A stretch of 64,000 bases of DNA from Tubiluchus corallicola (lineage: Eukaryota; Animalia; Priapulida): NCBI GenBank assembly GCA_030141605.1, contig JAQGDQ010000131.1, positions 477,536-541,535 on the forward strand, given 5' to 3'. Position 1 is the first letter of the stretch, and each line of letters opens with the position of its first letter. Made by a program: the position numbers and the translations under genes. The notes beneath the pieces were generated by a model. That model searched no databases. It saw nothing but the letters and a program-made list of their open reading frames with translations, and had not been told where the DNA came from. This document shows positions 1 through 14,200 of the stretch, one piece after another.

Positions 1-1052
1 TACGAATAGACACTAGGAGAAAGCAGCATTTTGCTAGCTTTTCACATGAATTCATGACAGCATGAAAACATGTTATTTTATCCATTTTTTTATTTGATTT
101 GATTTTGTTTTGTTTTATTTTTTGTTTTAATTTTACTTCATTTTGTTTTCATTTATTCTTGATAAGTCACTTCTGTTATGTGTTTTCTACAAGATTTGTT
201 TATGCTTCCTATAGATAGATGATGTTGCAACTTTCTTTGTTTATCATGAATCATACATGACACTTTTCACAGACTAAAAAGTGTTAGCCTGCTGGGTTTT
301 TTTTGGTTTTTCGCTTTGTTTAAAAAACTCTGCATTTTTTCTCTGACGTACAGATTTTTCTGTAAATTTTTTAGTACACAAACTGATCCTGGTTAAGATA
401 AATAAAGAAGCATTTTTGCAAAATCAGAAAACAGTTGATTTCTATTTTATTTTTGATATATCACAGTACTAGTCTGTGTAAAGTAGATCTTTATGATTGC
501 TTCAATTTGTTCTATTTTTTTTGCAAAAAAACATGGTCTTAGCTGAATTATTCTCTAATTGCTGGCAGTAAATGTGTTAACATGTTTGGAAGTACTCAGT
601 AAGATGGTACATTGCTTTGTAAACCAACTGCCTTTATAATTCTTAATTCAATAGTATTTTATCAGCTTATATTCAGTTGTGGTGCACAGCTTTGAAAGAG
701 CAGTTTTTAACATTTCCAAAAGAGTAGTCTCTTATTTTACATGTTGTTCGTTGGGGCCTAATTATTATAAGAAAATTTTGTCTAATTTTGACTTATTCCT
801 TTGGTATAAAACTAAAATTGTACTCTATTTTTATGTTTTTTAGTATCTACAGCTCAGATTGTTTTTTTTTGTAAAATGTTAAGTTTGCTAAGAATCCTGA
901 TCTAAAAAGCATTTTTGATTTTTACAAAAAAGTGCGCAACTGCTGAACATTGGAGTGAGTGCACCTATTGTGATTAGGTAAGCTAGAACTTGATGCTCTT
1001 GACAGCCCTGCAATTTTTGGTGTTTTAAAAACAAATCTTTGTCTTTAATTAG

Positions 1053-4000
1053 GTGACTCTGTGCATCCTAGAAAAGGTAAAGGCATCGGCATGAAGATAT
1101 TTCATCGCAATCATTTTTCTAGTGCACTTAAGAGAATGTCTGTGATTGCTGGGTATACAGCACCTGGTACAACAGAGACTATGTACATTACTACGTTGAA
1201 GGGGGCGCCGGAAATTATGCAATCAATGGTTTGTAGTCTGATGTTCTGCTAGTATTAAAAGTGTCATTCTATGATAAAATGTTGGTAGTGTTGCATTTAT
1301 TGTTGAATTTACTGCTATTTTTGACATTGCAGTCTGGAATCTTGCTTCTAAAGTGTTTGCTGATGTTGATACTTAAGGCAAGACATGAGGGATCAATCCC
1401 TAAGATGTCAGATAGTAAGCAAGTAGATATGTTAAGTTTCTTGATCAACTAAAATAACTTGATTTCATTTGTAGTTTAGCCATCTTCCGGAAGACTACGA
1501 TAGTGTATATTTGGAAATGTCACGTCAAGGAGCACGTGTTCTCGCCCTTGGTTACCGAAAGCTTGGCACATTATCACATCAGCAGGTAAGTTTTGCTTTT
1601 TTGAAACTGTAGTACTTGATACCCATGCATTAAACATATCACTATCATAACATTGTTATTTTTATTTGAAATCTTTTATGTGCAAGATTACATTCAGTAG
1701 TGCTTCGGTAGTTGTTTCGCTTTGTTATGTAAAGTTATGAAGTATTTAACACAGATTGTGATCTACTTTTGTATAACCCAGATTTTGTTGAATAAATCAA
1801 GAACCTTGAAGTTTTTGTGCGGACTTCGCAAGTTCGAAATGGGATATAGGAATTGCAAATTTGATTTTTATTAAGTATAATATCAACTATGTCATTTAAA
1901 AGGTGAGAATGCTCTTGTGGGGTAACAGTATTAAACCTTTAGAGATACAGAATCAGTGATTCTCTAGAATATTAATTGTATTAGATTGAATTCTTGCTTT
2001 TTACAAGTTTTTGTTAATATATATTTAACTGTAATCAAATGTATTTCATAGGAAGCTGTTTTATGTCAATAAATCGTACTGATTTTTGCCTTTAATTTTT
2101 TTGTTTTAAGCGTGATAAAAATGATAGCCATACAGTTTGTTTTACTGTAAAATAGTGAGAGTTTGTTTTTCTAAAACTAAACTCGAAATTATTTTAAGGG
2201 AATAATGTAATAAATGTAGCTGTTTAAGTTGATAACAATTGGTTCTTTGGTGTTCTAAATTGTGCAGTGTATTACTCGTGCACAGTGGTATGATACACAA
2301 ACTATACATTTTTAAAATACAGTTGTTAAAGTGGAGAAAACCTTGTTCATTTTCTTGTTGGTGTAACATGTCTTTCTAGGTACGTGAATTGAGCCGAGAA
2401 GATCTGGAACATGATCTGGAGTTTGTTGGCTTTGTTATTATTTCTTGTCCGTTAAAGAGTGATTCTAAAGCAGTTATCAAAGAGATTCAGCACTCATCAC
2501 ATCATGTACGTTTTACAGTCTGAGATGTCTATATGTGAAGTGATGTCCCTGCATTTCCTTTGTATGCCTAGTAGCTTTCCATTAATTGTCTAACTTAGTA
2601 TGCATGCTGTATGGTCACACTGTCATTTTAATTACACTGTTATTACGTCTAGTATTACTGGAACCTCTATTTCAATTTTATGTGATTGATAAGACCGAAC
2701 TATGACAACATGTTAATAGCTAATATTTTGCAATTATTTTAAATATTAGCGATTTTGGTACGTTTTATCTTTTTGTGCAGCCTATCAAAACAAAATTTAC
2801 ATCAGTTTCATTGATATCTATACTCTAATATAGTTGTAGTAAGTTATATTGACGATCATTTTTATAACATCAATTTCAGGTGGTAATGATAACAGGAGAC
2901 AATCCTCTCACTGCTTGTCACGTTGCACGAGAGCTGCATTTCACTAAGCAGTCGTCTACACTAATTCTCACACCTGCAACTGAAAGTGGTAAATTTTTAT
3001 TTGTATGATGGGAGAAAAGAATTTAACTGATTCCAATGTTGATCTTTTATAATTTTTCGGTATGTTTTGGCTTTTATTTGTAAACTTACAACAAAATAAG
3101 AAAAATAATGCATGATGATCATTTTTGTTTAACATATTAAACTGAACGTATGAATATGCTTTCAGGTAAGTATACACTTGAAAGGGTTTTGAGATCCAAA
3201 GATGTTTAGTTGTTTACATAAAACAAATAACAGATAAAGTATAAAGACTAATCTCCGCAAAGAAACATTAGCGTGGTCCCCTACTAGTCAATCTGATACA
3301 GGTAGAGATCATATAGGGTGGAAGTAGGACAAGCAAACCGAAAGTAGGTTTTTACGCAGTTGCATCTATGGTTTTAACAATTTATTTGCTACAATTTTGC
3401 TCAAATCTGTGTGGAATTATTAGGATTAATGTTGTACAGTATATATGCAAATTATAAACACTATCTTTATTTTCTTTTCTTTGTATTTCTAGAACCTGAC
3501 TGGCACTGGTTATCAGTTGACGAGAGTATCGTTCTACCAGTGATTCCAGATGAGGGATATCGAGCTTTATGCAAAAATCATGATCTTTGTCTGACGGGAG
3601 AGGTAATCCAGAAAATGCTTTCACTTGAACACATATTAGCAGTGAAGAGACTGTTGCTACTTATTCAGCACTTAGTGTACTTAATTTAGGAATGATTACT
3701 AAGTCTAGAAATAAAATTAGTGAAAACAAGTTGAAAAACCATGCTGTAATGTCTTGCTTGATCGAATTTGTTTTCTGATGTAATTTTTGCTGACTTTTAT
3801 TGTTTAGGGCCTGACGTACTTGTCAGAAACGCACAGAAATTTCCTCAAGAAGATCATTCCATTTGTTCGGGTTTACGCTAGAGTAGCACCAACTCAAAAA
3901 GAAGGCATCATTACAAAGATGAAGGCATTGGGATTTGTCACACTAATGTGTGGTGATGGTACTAATGACGTTGGAGCATTAAAGCATGCCCACTGTGGTA

Positions 4001-7000
4001 CGTTACTAATTTTCTGGGAGCTTTTTTTTGTTTTTGACTCGAATTCTCATCAGCAAACTTGTTTGATGGCAAAAATATGTTTCTATTCTGATATGATTGT
4101 TGTGGTCTACCACTAAGTCATTGCAAATATTTTGAAACATCAATGCGTGCATTTTCCATCTCAAGAAATAAAAGGCATAGTAATTGTCAGCTGCCTTTAA
4201 TAATGCCATTAATTTTTTTGTCTAATTATTGGAATGCTTAATATTTTAGGTTTCTCACGTGAGGTTCTCTTGTAAAATGTTGTTGTTGTAAGTTTCCTCA
4301 ACATCCTCGTCATTTTCATCATCATCGTCATCATCATCATCATCTAGCACCCATTACATCTATTATAAACATTTGACAGGCAGAAATCTAAAATAAAAGG
4401 AAACTGCTCTCAAGACGAGTAAACATAGCAGTTAATCTAGAAAAACTAGGCACTGCTATGCTAGTGGCTTAACAGCACCACTTTCAAAAGTTTTCCAACA
4501 ACATTGGGTAGCCAGGTAAAAACTAGTATTTTCTTACTCTCTTCGCAAGGCTTTTTGGTTTTTCTTATACCATCATATTGTTTTGATATTTGGTTGCACC
4601 ATCTCTTATGATGATGATGTGTTTTTATAAATTACAGAAAAATCATAGTGCAAAACATGTGCATTTATGTATGAAATTATCATGTGTGCTGTCAAAGAGT
4701 TGTGATTGAATTTGTTTTTTATACCCTTGGGTGCACTGCAAGCTGAAATCCAGCATCAAAGACAGTGTCTACTCAACGAGATATTTGTGGCGTGACCATA
4801 GCCTAGTCAGTATCATGGATACACTTAGTCGCCTAGAACTTGAGCTGCAGTTGGTGGTGACCTTGTTTCCCCTGTGAAAAGTAGGAGTTTCAAAAGCAAA
4901 CCCCTCGGGCTGGGCAAGTAATCAAATGTTTAGCTTCTAGAAACAACGATGTTAACCGATGGGGGAGCGGGTGACAGATTCAAAGCAAAACCGTTGTTAT
5001 AGCATATTAGTGTTTGATAAACATACCTGTTTACAAACAAAGCTGTACTTAACATGCATTACAATGCATTATACATTATTACTTGTATACATTTGAATTG
5101 GGGTAGCCCATGCCAAGCGTTTTTGAGTCAATGGAGCAACTGATTCTATTAACCATGAGTCTAATAAATGGTGCCTACTGTAGTATGAGGTAAGCAGCCA
5201 AAGTCTACAAGCGATAACACCTGCTGAAACGAGTTGGCATCAAACCCAGATCATTCCACTTGCACGAAAGCATTCCTATCCACTCAGTAGCCACAAAATT
5301 TTGCCACACCTTTATGTATAAGGTTGATGTTCAGGAGTTTATGTTGGACAGCTCTATAATATTAAGCAAAAATTAAGCTCATAGACTCAGATTCTTATCT
5401 TTATGTGAAATGTTTTATTTAGGTGTAGCGTTGATATCACACGCTCCTGAGAAACTCCCTGCAAAGGTTCAAAAGCCAAAAGAAGATGGCGCTAATGCTA
5501 CGACTTCCAGTGAGCAAACGGGAAGTGATCGAATTGCCCAGCTGGCAGCTAAGGGAAAGCTGGGAAACAGACAGCAGTTGCGCAACAGGCAACCACTGAC
5601 TCGGGAAGAGAAATCAGCTGAAATGCAGGTTTGTATTAAAGGGGCATTAGCTGATAATGCTACATCTGCTTGTCTAAAGATGTCGTTGTATAATGTTTTC
5701 GCATCTACTAAAATTATTATTGAATTAACAGAAGCTGGTGTACTTTTAGGAGGACTTCGTTTGGTCAGTATCTTTGGTAGAGACTTATAAGAATTATCAT
5801 TAGAATGCATTTCTTTGAAAATTATCAGAGGTGGTTTCACATTTGTAAGTTGCTTTTGAAAAATCTTGTCTTGCTGTAGAAGCAAGATACGGGGTAACAT
5901 TCTAAAAAGTTGTGATGCAGACATATTATTACTTTATGGAATGATTCATTGCTGTCTTACTCTTTATAGACATATTCTATATTTCAAGTTAACTAAAACC
6001 TGCTTGATTAAAAAGAAATCAAATTCTGTGTAACTTCTGAGACCTGCAGAATTAAAAATAAAATATAAAAATATCTTTAATTTTTAGTTTATATTAACTA
6101 CCTCTTTATTTTTATTATGGATGCACAACACCACTCATGAATGTCTGTAGATTAGTTTATTTAATTACTGAATCAGATTGGAAACTAAATATCGATCTTG
6201 TTTTACAGAGAAAACTTAATGCAATGATGAAAGAACTTGAAGAACAAGAACAAGCACAGATAGTTAAACTGGGTGATGCCAGTATAGCTGCTCCGTTTAC
6301 ATCAAAATTGTCATCCGTACAATGTAGTGAGTACCTAGCACCTCATTCTTTCATTATCTGTTCAAGACAGCATTACTTGTACAGTGAAGTGTCTAAATTG
6401 TAATGTGAAGATTTTAGTCATTACAACATTGTCTCTGTAACATGTTACACTATTTGTGCAGAAAAACAGTTTTCTGCACAAGGAACTTTCAACAAACACA
6501 AGGGAACTTTCTTTTCAAAATTAATCTTTCACCTTGTATTATACCTGAATTAAACACTGTTTTTTTGAAACACTATTTTCTTTTGTTCAACTACATAAAA
6601 CAGTTTTTGTTGGAAAAACCGATCATAAAAGAAACTATCTTTTAATACAGACAATTAACAAAGACTTTATCAACTGATATGTATTTTTATTTATGGCTCC
6701 ACAAATAGTTTTTTTTTTAATTGCAAGAACTTTCTGTTGATCATGATATTGGGCTTGTAATCCAAAAATTCATGGGTTCAAATCCATACTCAGTACTGAC
6801 TTAACATTTTTTGTCTTGGCCAAATTTTGTTTTACTAATTAAGATTTCATTTTTTTGTTATTTCTTCTCCAACTCTTTTTCTGTTTCAGTATGTCACATT
6901 ATCAAACAAGGTCGTTGTACCCTGGTCACAACACTGCAGATGTTTAAAATACTTGCACTGAATGCACTGATCTTGGCCTATAGTCAGTCAGTGCTGTACC

Positions 7001-10000
7001 TCGACGGAATTAAATTCTCTGATGCTCAGGCCACAATGCAAGGTCTTCTGCTTGCTGGATGCTTTCTGTTTATTTCACGTTCAAAGGTAAACACCATTGC
7101 TTAAGATTTGATGTACATTAAGCTAGCGAGCTGTTAAGTATTTGTTCACAACTGAAGAAGTTTGTGAAATGGATTTCTAACTTCAGTTATTCCAACAGGG
7201 TTTTTAAAAGCTTGTTTTTTAATCACTTTTATCTTTTTTTATTAGATTTGACAATTCAACATGTTGGGACCCATAGGCGGGACAAAGTTATAAACATGTA
7301 TTAGTTGCTAACCAGACTATTTTATGCTTTCTTTAACTGAGTTATTATATCAATTACTAGCACTTTTGATTTTACTGTTTGTCTGTCTTTCAGCCATTAA
7401 AAACATTGTCCAGGAGTAGACCATTGCCAAACATATTTAACATTTACACAATTACCACTGTTATGCTGCAGTTTGCTGTACATTTTAGCTGTTTATTCTA
7501 CCTAGTTCAAGAAGCCAAAGCCCGGTCACCTGGCAGGTATGTTTTGACTGTAATTAATAACTACTTACAGTACAGGTATAGCGTTAGTGGTATGACATTT
7601 TAATGTCATCTATGACATGTGAACAAATATCGGAAGGTATAGTTAGTTATAAAGCTCATTCCTTATGTAGACTGGCAATCCTAATTTGCACTGAAACTAA
7701 TATTAAGAAGTCTAGTATAGCTTTTGCACTAGGTGTAGACCTAGTTATAGTATCGCCCCGTTATTTGTATAAACAGTATTTTCAGCATGGACATGTACTG
7801 AACTATGATTGGATGTAGTCCTCCGCAATATAAACTGAGTATGGTTTTTGCTGCTTTCAGCATTTTACTACAACAGTAAAATGCAAAATGTAGAATTTAA
7901 TTTTGAACATTTTTTGTGGGACAAAATCCTATTTATGAAAATATGCTATTAATTGATGTTAGGTGACAAACTTAATCATTGATTCAGCTTACAGTATTTT
8001 TATTCTTTTTTGGACTTAGGGAGGAAGCTGTGATAGACTTAGAAGAAGATTTTAAGCCAGATCTGTTAAACAGTACGGTGTATATCATTTCCATGTTTCT
8101 ACAAGTGTCTACCTTTGCTACTAACTATAAGGTAATGTTACGAAACATCTTTATTAACTTGTAGCTATTGTGTTTTTGTAGGGGGTTCCAGGAAATGTTT
8201 GCCTCGCTGTACAGAAAGAGCCAAAAAGAATAGATAAAAACTAACATCATAAATAGCATTTAATTTTGAGTGAAGAATGCTTAACTAAGTTGTCTTAATA
8301 TCTAGCATCTTAGTATGTTAACAGCTAAGCCTGAAACACTGCAGGACAGAAATGAACGGGTATGATTCACGTTGGTATCTCAATGGAAATGGTGTCACTA
8401 CTGCTTTCTTTTTCTCACTTCGTTACTTTTTGATTTCCGACAATCAGTAGCGGAACGAACTTTAAAAAACAAACTAAAAAGAAATGATATAATGACTAAA
8501 ATGTCAAATATATGTTTGCATCTACTTGTGTTTACTTTTATGTTAATTTGGCCATCATTTCTTGACACCCTATACATAAGATTTGTTAATTTTTATTGTG
8601 CCAAGCTAATCATTTCCATCAACTTCAATGATTTTTTGCTGCCAGATGCACTTTCACTCTTTTATTCACTGGTGAACTGTATTTCTGTGCATTTTAATTG
8701 CAACTTACTAGTGCTGCATTTTTCAGTTCGTTTGTTAAGTTTTTTGTATGCAGCTTGTTTCTCATTCATATCATTTCTCATGTAAGCTGTAAAATTACTA
8801 CCAAATAGTAATAAGTAGCTGTAGCAAGTCAATGCCAAAGTACCTGTGCATATAAGTACTTTGAGTGACGTGTTTGCGACCATTAGTACGACCATTGTGC
8901 TAGTAAAACAACTGATTTGTATTAAACGTGTCGGAATTTTTTTTACCTATTATTGCACTATACTCAGAGTGATTCTAAAATTCTACATCATGCTAAAAAT
9001 TGTAAACACTAGCATTTCAAGAACCTGTGCTACATTTGAAGCAATAACAGATATTACTTTTATTGGCTGAGTTGCTAAATATTTTTATAAAAAATTATTA
9101 GAATTACATCTTAATAGAAATGCCAGTTGTAAATTTTTCATTGTTAATACAGTACATGTATATTGCAAGACATTTTTGTTTGGTCAACAACTCAGCTGCG
9201 TGTATTTTGCTATTTGCAGCTAAAATAATAATGTTATTGCTATTTTAGTGCGTAAGTCTTAAGTCTTCTAATTCTGTATAATGCTTTATACAGGGTCATC
9301 CTTTTATGGAAAGTCTTCTAGAAAATAAACCGCTACTGTACAGCTTGTTGTTTTCTGGTAGTGTCATCGTCTCTTTAGCCGCAGGCCTGATGCCTGAGTT
9401 TTCCAAGTATTTTGAGATAGAAGAATTTCCAAATGATGTAAGTAATTTACTGGACTATATATGATATTGTAGACAATCTAAAGGTTTGTCACTCGATCAC
9501 AGTGACAGTGTACATTTCGTTCATGCAGATCACACAAAAATGCCACTGTCCATGTAAAATAAGGAACTACTGGCTACTCATAAGAAGAAGAATGTGAATA
9601 TAGGCTCAAAGAACTAGAAGTTCTTGTAACTAATTTGCCAGGGACATGAGGTCTCAGTTGCCGTTCTTATTGAAGAGAGGTTTCATTAGCTACGAAATAA
9701 TTTTTACGGGAAAAGAATCCCACAGACAGGAGGCACAGGGCATGAAGGAAACATCAGATTTAGACTGCCTCACACCTAGGAATGACCTTGCAGCTTGTGC
9801 GTTTTTGTTACTTTTGTGCGATTTGCATCAAAATAGTGCTAAGCATCAACAGTTCATGTGGGTTTAAGTGAACCTATGAATACTAAATAATTGTGGGTCA
9901 ATTTAAAAAACCCATCCTGCTTAAAATCCTGTCAAGTTTTCTCAGTGGTCACCCGTCCATTTACTAATCAAGCTAGCTTAACTGTCATAGCATGCCATGA

Positions 10001-10192
10001 CCACTCAGTTATTTCTGTGTGCCTATTCAATCCTGTACATATTTGATGTAAAAGTTAAGTAAAAAATGAAATTTTATTTTTCAGTTCAAATGGATTCTAC
10101 TACAAGTGTTATTAGTCGACTTGGTTGTTGCATTTGTGATTGACAGAGCGTTGCAGTTCCTTTTTGGACGAGCCAAGTTACGACAAGAGTAA
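1053..10192 (+). CDS. ATP13A1: P5A-type ATPase (ATP13A1/Spf1 orthologue), 3' part; 5' exons lie upstream of the window
   Basis: GT-AG exons 1053-1228, 1475-1585, 2380-2505, 2880-2988, 3493-3602, 3808-3997, 5423-5628, 6209-6326, 6890-7086, 7394-7536, 8020-8131, 9294-9437, 10085-10192 join in frame. Motifs [73 protein letters not shown] are characteristic of ATP13A1; stop TAA at 10190-10192. Confidence 0.96.
4880..5180. mobile_element. Partial Tigger/pogo-like MITE (same family as 38442-39432)
   Basis: Ends ...gagtctaataaatggtgcctactg|TA; the internal block tcaaaagcaaac...aaatgtttagcttc is shared with 39015-39060. Confidence 0.6.
9943..10010 (-). mobile_element. Degenerate SINE head with 5S rRNA-derived segment
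   Basis: Minus strand reads aactgagtggtc...agttaagc...ttagtaaatggacgggtgacc, resembling 5S box A/box C; related copy at 13961-14040. Confidence 0.5.
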
Positions 10193-11217
10193 CGTCATGC
10201 ACGCTTTTAGGAAATCTTATACAATTTTTAACTTTTAAAGATTTTTATTTATTTTGTCAACTATATTACATGGTCAACATTTGTGCAATGGTTCAAAGAG
10301 ATACTTATTTTTGTTTATGAACATTTGATTTATCATGCAAGGTACGAGACTGTATGTTTGCCCGTTCTTGTTGCTGTGTTGTCCAAGAAAAGAACTGTAA
10401 CATGTAGAGCGGTGAAATAAATGTTATGCTGTAAATAAGCAATTCGTTCTATTTTGTTGTTATAAATGATAATAATAAATGCATATTTCACATTAGAATA
10501 GAATTTGCCAATGTGTTTAAATATGTAGGCCCTTCTGTTAACACATTGTTTTTTGTACAAGTTTATTAAATTTCTGCTAAGTGTGCAAAGATGCTGGTGT
10601 GTTTGGCAACTCTGACTCGAATCAATGGCAACAACTGTTTATGTTTTACTTCACTTATGAAGAGGCTGTGTAGTGTCATACACCTGCAATTTATAATTAA
10701 TCTGCTCTAACCTATTGTGGTTTTTAAAGCTAATTAGAATAATTATGACACTCGCATAATAACTTGAACAATGGGCTTAACAAAATTAAATAATTGATTT
10801 TGTTAAGTCAACAAAAGTCAGTCTTCAACAAATAGTGCAGCAATATATCACTGAAATTTCATTTTTTATTATACAGCTTTTAAGCTGTTTAAAATGTTTA
10901 CAATAATGCTGTATGTACATTTTCGACAACAAAAAAGCATCTTTATTAGTGTGACTTGCATCTCCAATTTTTTGTACATTGCACTGACAGAATTTTCTTA
11001 CAATAATCCAAACCATATTCTTTGCGCAATTAGATTTTGCAAAGATAAACAAAGACATTAATGGGCACTTCATATTCAAAATCGTTTCCAAATTTAACAT
11101 CTTTTCAGTTGAATTTGCATGTCTAAGACAAGCAGTGTTCATCATGTTGAGTGTGCCTTAATTATTACCCTGTTACAACCCAAGAATATTAAACTATGCA
11201 AAATAATGACATTCAGC

Positions 11218-14200
11218 TTAGAACTCTGACAAGAAACTTTTGTCGATGCTCTTATAAACCTTTAACTCTCTTCCCAACCTAAACGAAAAACAAGAGTATA
11301 ATCACGAGATATTATTGTTTACATGTTATTCATTAGGCCTGTGTAGGTGTGTACTTAACATGCTGACACAAGTTAATGCAATCAATGAACAGAAGATGGT
11401 TAAGTAATCCAATGAGACCGCCAGTTAACATGTTAAATTGAAACAGTAAATGTAAGAAAATAGTTTTTCTTTATAAAAGCAAATCTGCCAACTCTCATGC
11501 TTTAGGTGCGTGTCACAAGCATTCAGTTGTCAAGCATTTCACACACAAGTTTGCAAGTCACCTGGTTTTCTTTGCTGTCAGCAGCAATTGTGACACTAGT
11601 AGCACTACTGTCAATAATACAATAGTGTTCATACGTTTCACGACATATATTATACTAAGGTATTAAAATTAAAAATTAAGCATAAATGTACAATCTAGCC
11701 TCGTTATCTCGCCCCTCGTTATGCCGCCAAACTCGTCTCTCACCATAGAAAGTACCAGGACGGATTTTCTGCTTTGATATTTACCTCGTTAAGTCACCAC
11801 CCTCGCTTCTCGCCCTCATCACGTCATGCTAGGATGAGTGCTTATGTAAACTATATTCGTTATGTCGCCAAACAGACAAACTCAGAGGTGAATCGATCAA
11901 TACATATACCGCGTGTCGATCGATATAACCGCAGTATGCAGACAATGCTGCTGTACTCGATAGACAGACATAATTAATCTAGTGTGTGTCTCACCAGGAT
12001 TAGATTAGGAGTGCTGTGGTTGGTTAATGCACAGAGAAACTAAAGCGTCACCGATATCCTTACTCTATAACACCAAAGCTGCGTTTAAGTTTGAGTTTCC
12101 ACAAAGTGTGAGCAACTTTACATGATGTCTCTGAAGCGAAAAATGTTTTGTCTTAATCCTGAACAAAAAAAGGAAATTTGTATTTATCATACGAATAATT
12201 CTTCAAAGACACAGCAGGAAATTGCTACTGTATTTAGTGCGAAATTTGGTGACACTGTTAGCCGGAGAAGTGTAGGACATATAATAGCGAGTAAAGAAAA
12301 ATGGATGCAAAGTCATGGTCACAGTGGCTCAACGAAATTGTGACATGGACAGCATTCCAATCTGAATTATTTCAGTCGTCAGTAACTCATTTGTGAACAT
12401 TTCTAAATCTTTCGCTAAGTTTATTGCATTTAAGTGTATACTCGAAAAAGGTTTTTTAAATAAAAAAGTAACATTTTAAGATTATTTTTATGACATTTTT
12501 TCATTTCTGATTTAATGTTGATTGGTATCATAATGCGAAATATATTTTATATGTACATAGAGGAACACTATGTTAATCAACTATTATGTATATACATATA
12601 GACTAACTTCGTTATATTCCCGTTATCTCGCCATACTCGCCTCTCGCCAAAAATTTGCCCTAGACGGACAGTGGCGAGATAACGAGGCTAGACTGTATAT
12701 ATAAAGCATAACGAACTGTAATAAATGCATAAGAATGCTCAGCAGTATACAAAAATAGATTTAGTTTTTTTATTTTCCTTTAACTTTTTCTGCAGCCAAC
12801 CTCAACATTATGAAATTTGCTGGGCCTAATGGCATGAATTAACTATTGCAGGTTTCACTAGAAATGAACTGCATAAAATGCTTTTATATTTGCTACCTAA
12901 TTCAAAATTGTAGATACAGTTATACCTCCGTTGTTTCGACCAGAAAATTTGAGCTGAAATTGTCTCCGCTCTCGACCAAAATTTTGGTACTCGACCAACC
13001 GCCAAACACGTGATGAACATATGCACAGCGAGGAGTAGAGCCGAGCGTAACCGACAGCAACCGAGAGTAGTCACGCACGTGTTTCCGATCTTGCCTACGT
13101 ATGCCATCACACCGTTACCAACACGTAAGGTTTTCATGCAGGAATAATTATGTTTTTCTTATCTATTATATCATATCTACTGTTTGAATAAACATTTTTG
13201 CATTATTATATTTCGTTTTAGTAATACTTTACAGTTCATTTGGTGCTTCAGAACAGATTATTTGCTTTTACGTTATTTCTTATGGGAATAAATGATTCGG
13301 TACTCGACCAAATCGGTTTTCAAACGCTTTTTAGGAACGAATTATGGTCAAAAACAGAGGTATGACTGTATATACAGTAATTATTGTTTTGTATATATTT
13401 CCATTGTTACTCATTATCTATATCTTTGAATTGTGTATTGCATTATTTTGCAAAATAAATGACATATAGCTGATTAAATCAAAAACTTTTTAATTATTGA
13501 TACAAACGAATTCTGTTTTAATACTAGACTAGGCTAGTTTTTGGCTTTGCTTACTGTATTTTTAGCATAAAACAGATCTCATTGCACTTTTCACTCTTAT
13601 GGTAGATATCAAGCAGTAACTGTTTGTTAGATGACGGTGCACAAAATAAATATTCATATATCTGCTATCAGTATATTAACCAAGCAAATCACATTAATTT
13701 GCATAAAACGACTACTTTATTGTCAAAGAGCGAAAAATGCAAGGTGATATCTCATGAAATGACTTGTAAAATGTTATGCACAGATTACCTCTGAAAACCT
13801 TGCTGAATCTCGTCAATGCGAGTCGGGTTGACGCACACTGCACATTTGGACTTGCCTGGGTCAAACAGGGCCGCCATGTGCTCATTGCCAATGCGAGTCA
13901 GATCAGCTTCCGTGACTTTAGTTATGCTGTCCATAAACTCTCTAAAATAACATTCAAAGCAACTGAGTAGCTAAGTGGTCAAATCAGCACATGAAGTCAA
14001 GCACCTCTGAACCCGATTAGTAAATGGATGGGTAACAGCCACAAAAGCTTCAAAGTGTTTCATATATTGCGGTGAACATACATCAAAAAGTGACAAAGAC
14101 ACAGCCACCGGTTCAGCATCTCATTTTAAAGACTATTTGTTGATATTCAAGTAGCTTTAAGTGATGTCATCACAACCACCATAATAACATAAGTCCTGCT

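Noticed and set aside
8372-9070. Intronic ORFs of 74-137 aa, and antisense ORFs elsewhere (5469-5924, 40591-40857, 56262-56534)
   Set aside because: No recognisable motifs; chance AT-rich ORFs or shadows of real exons.
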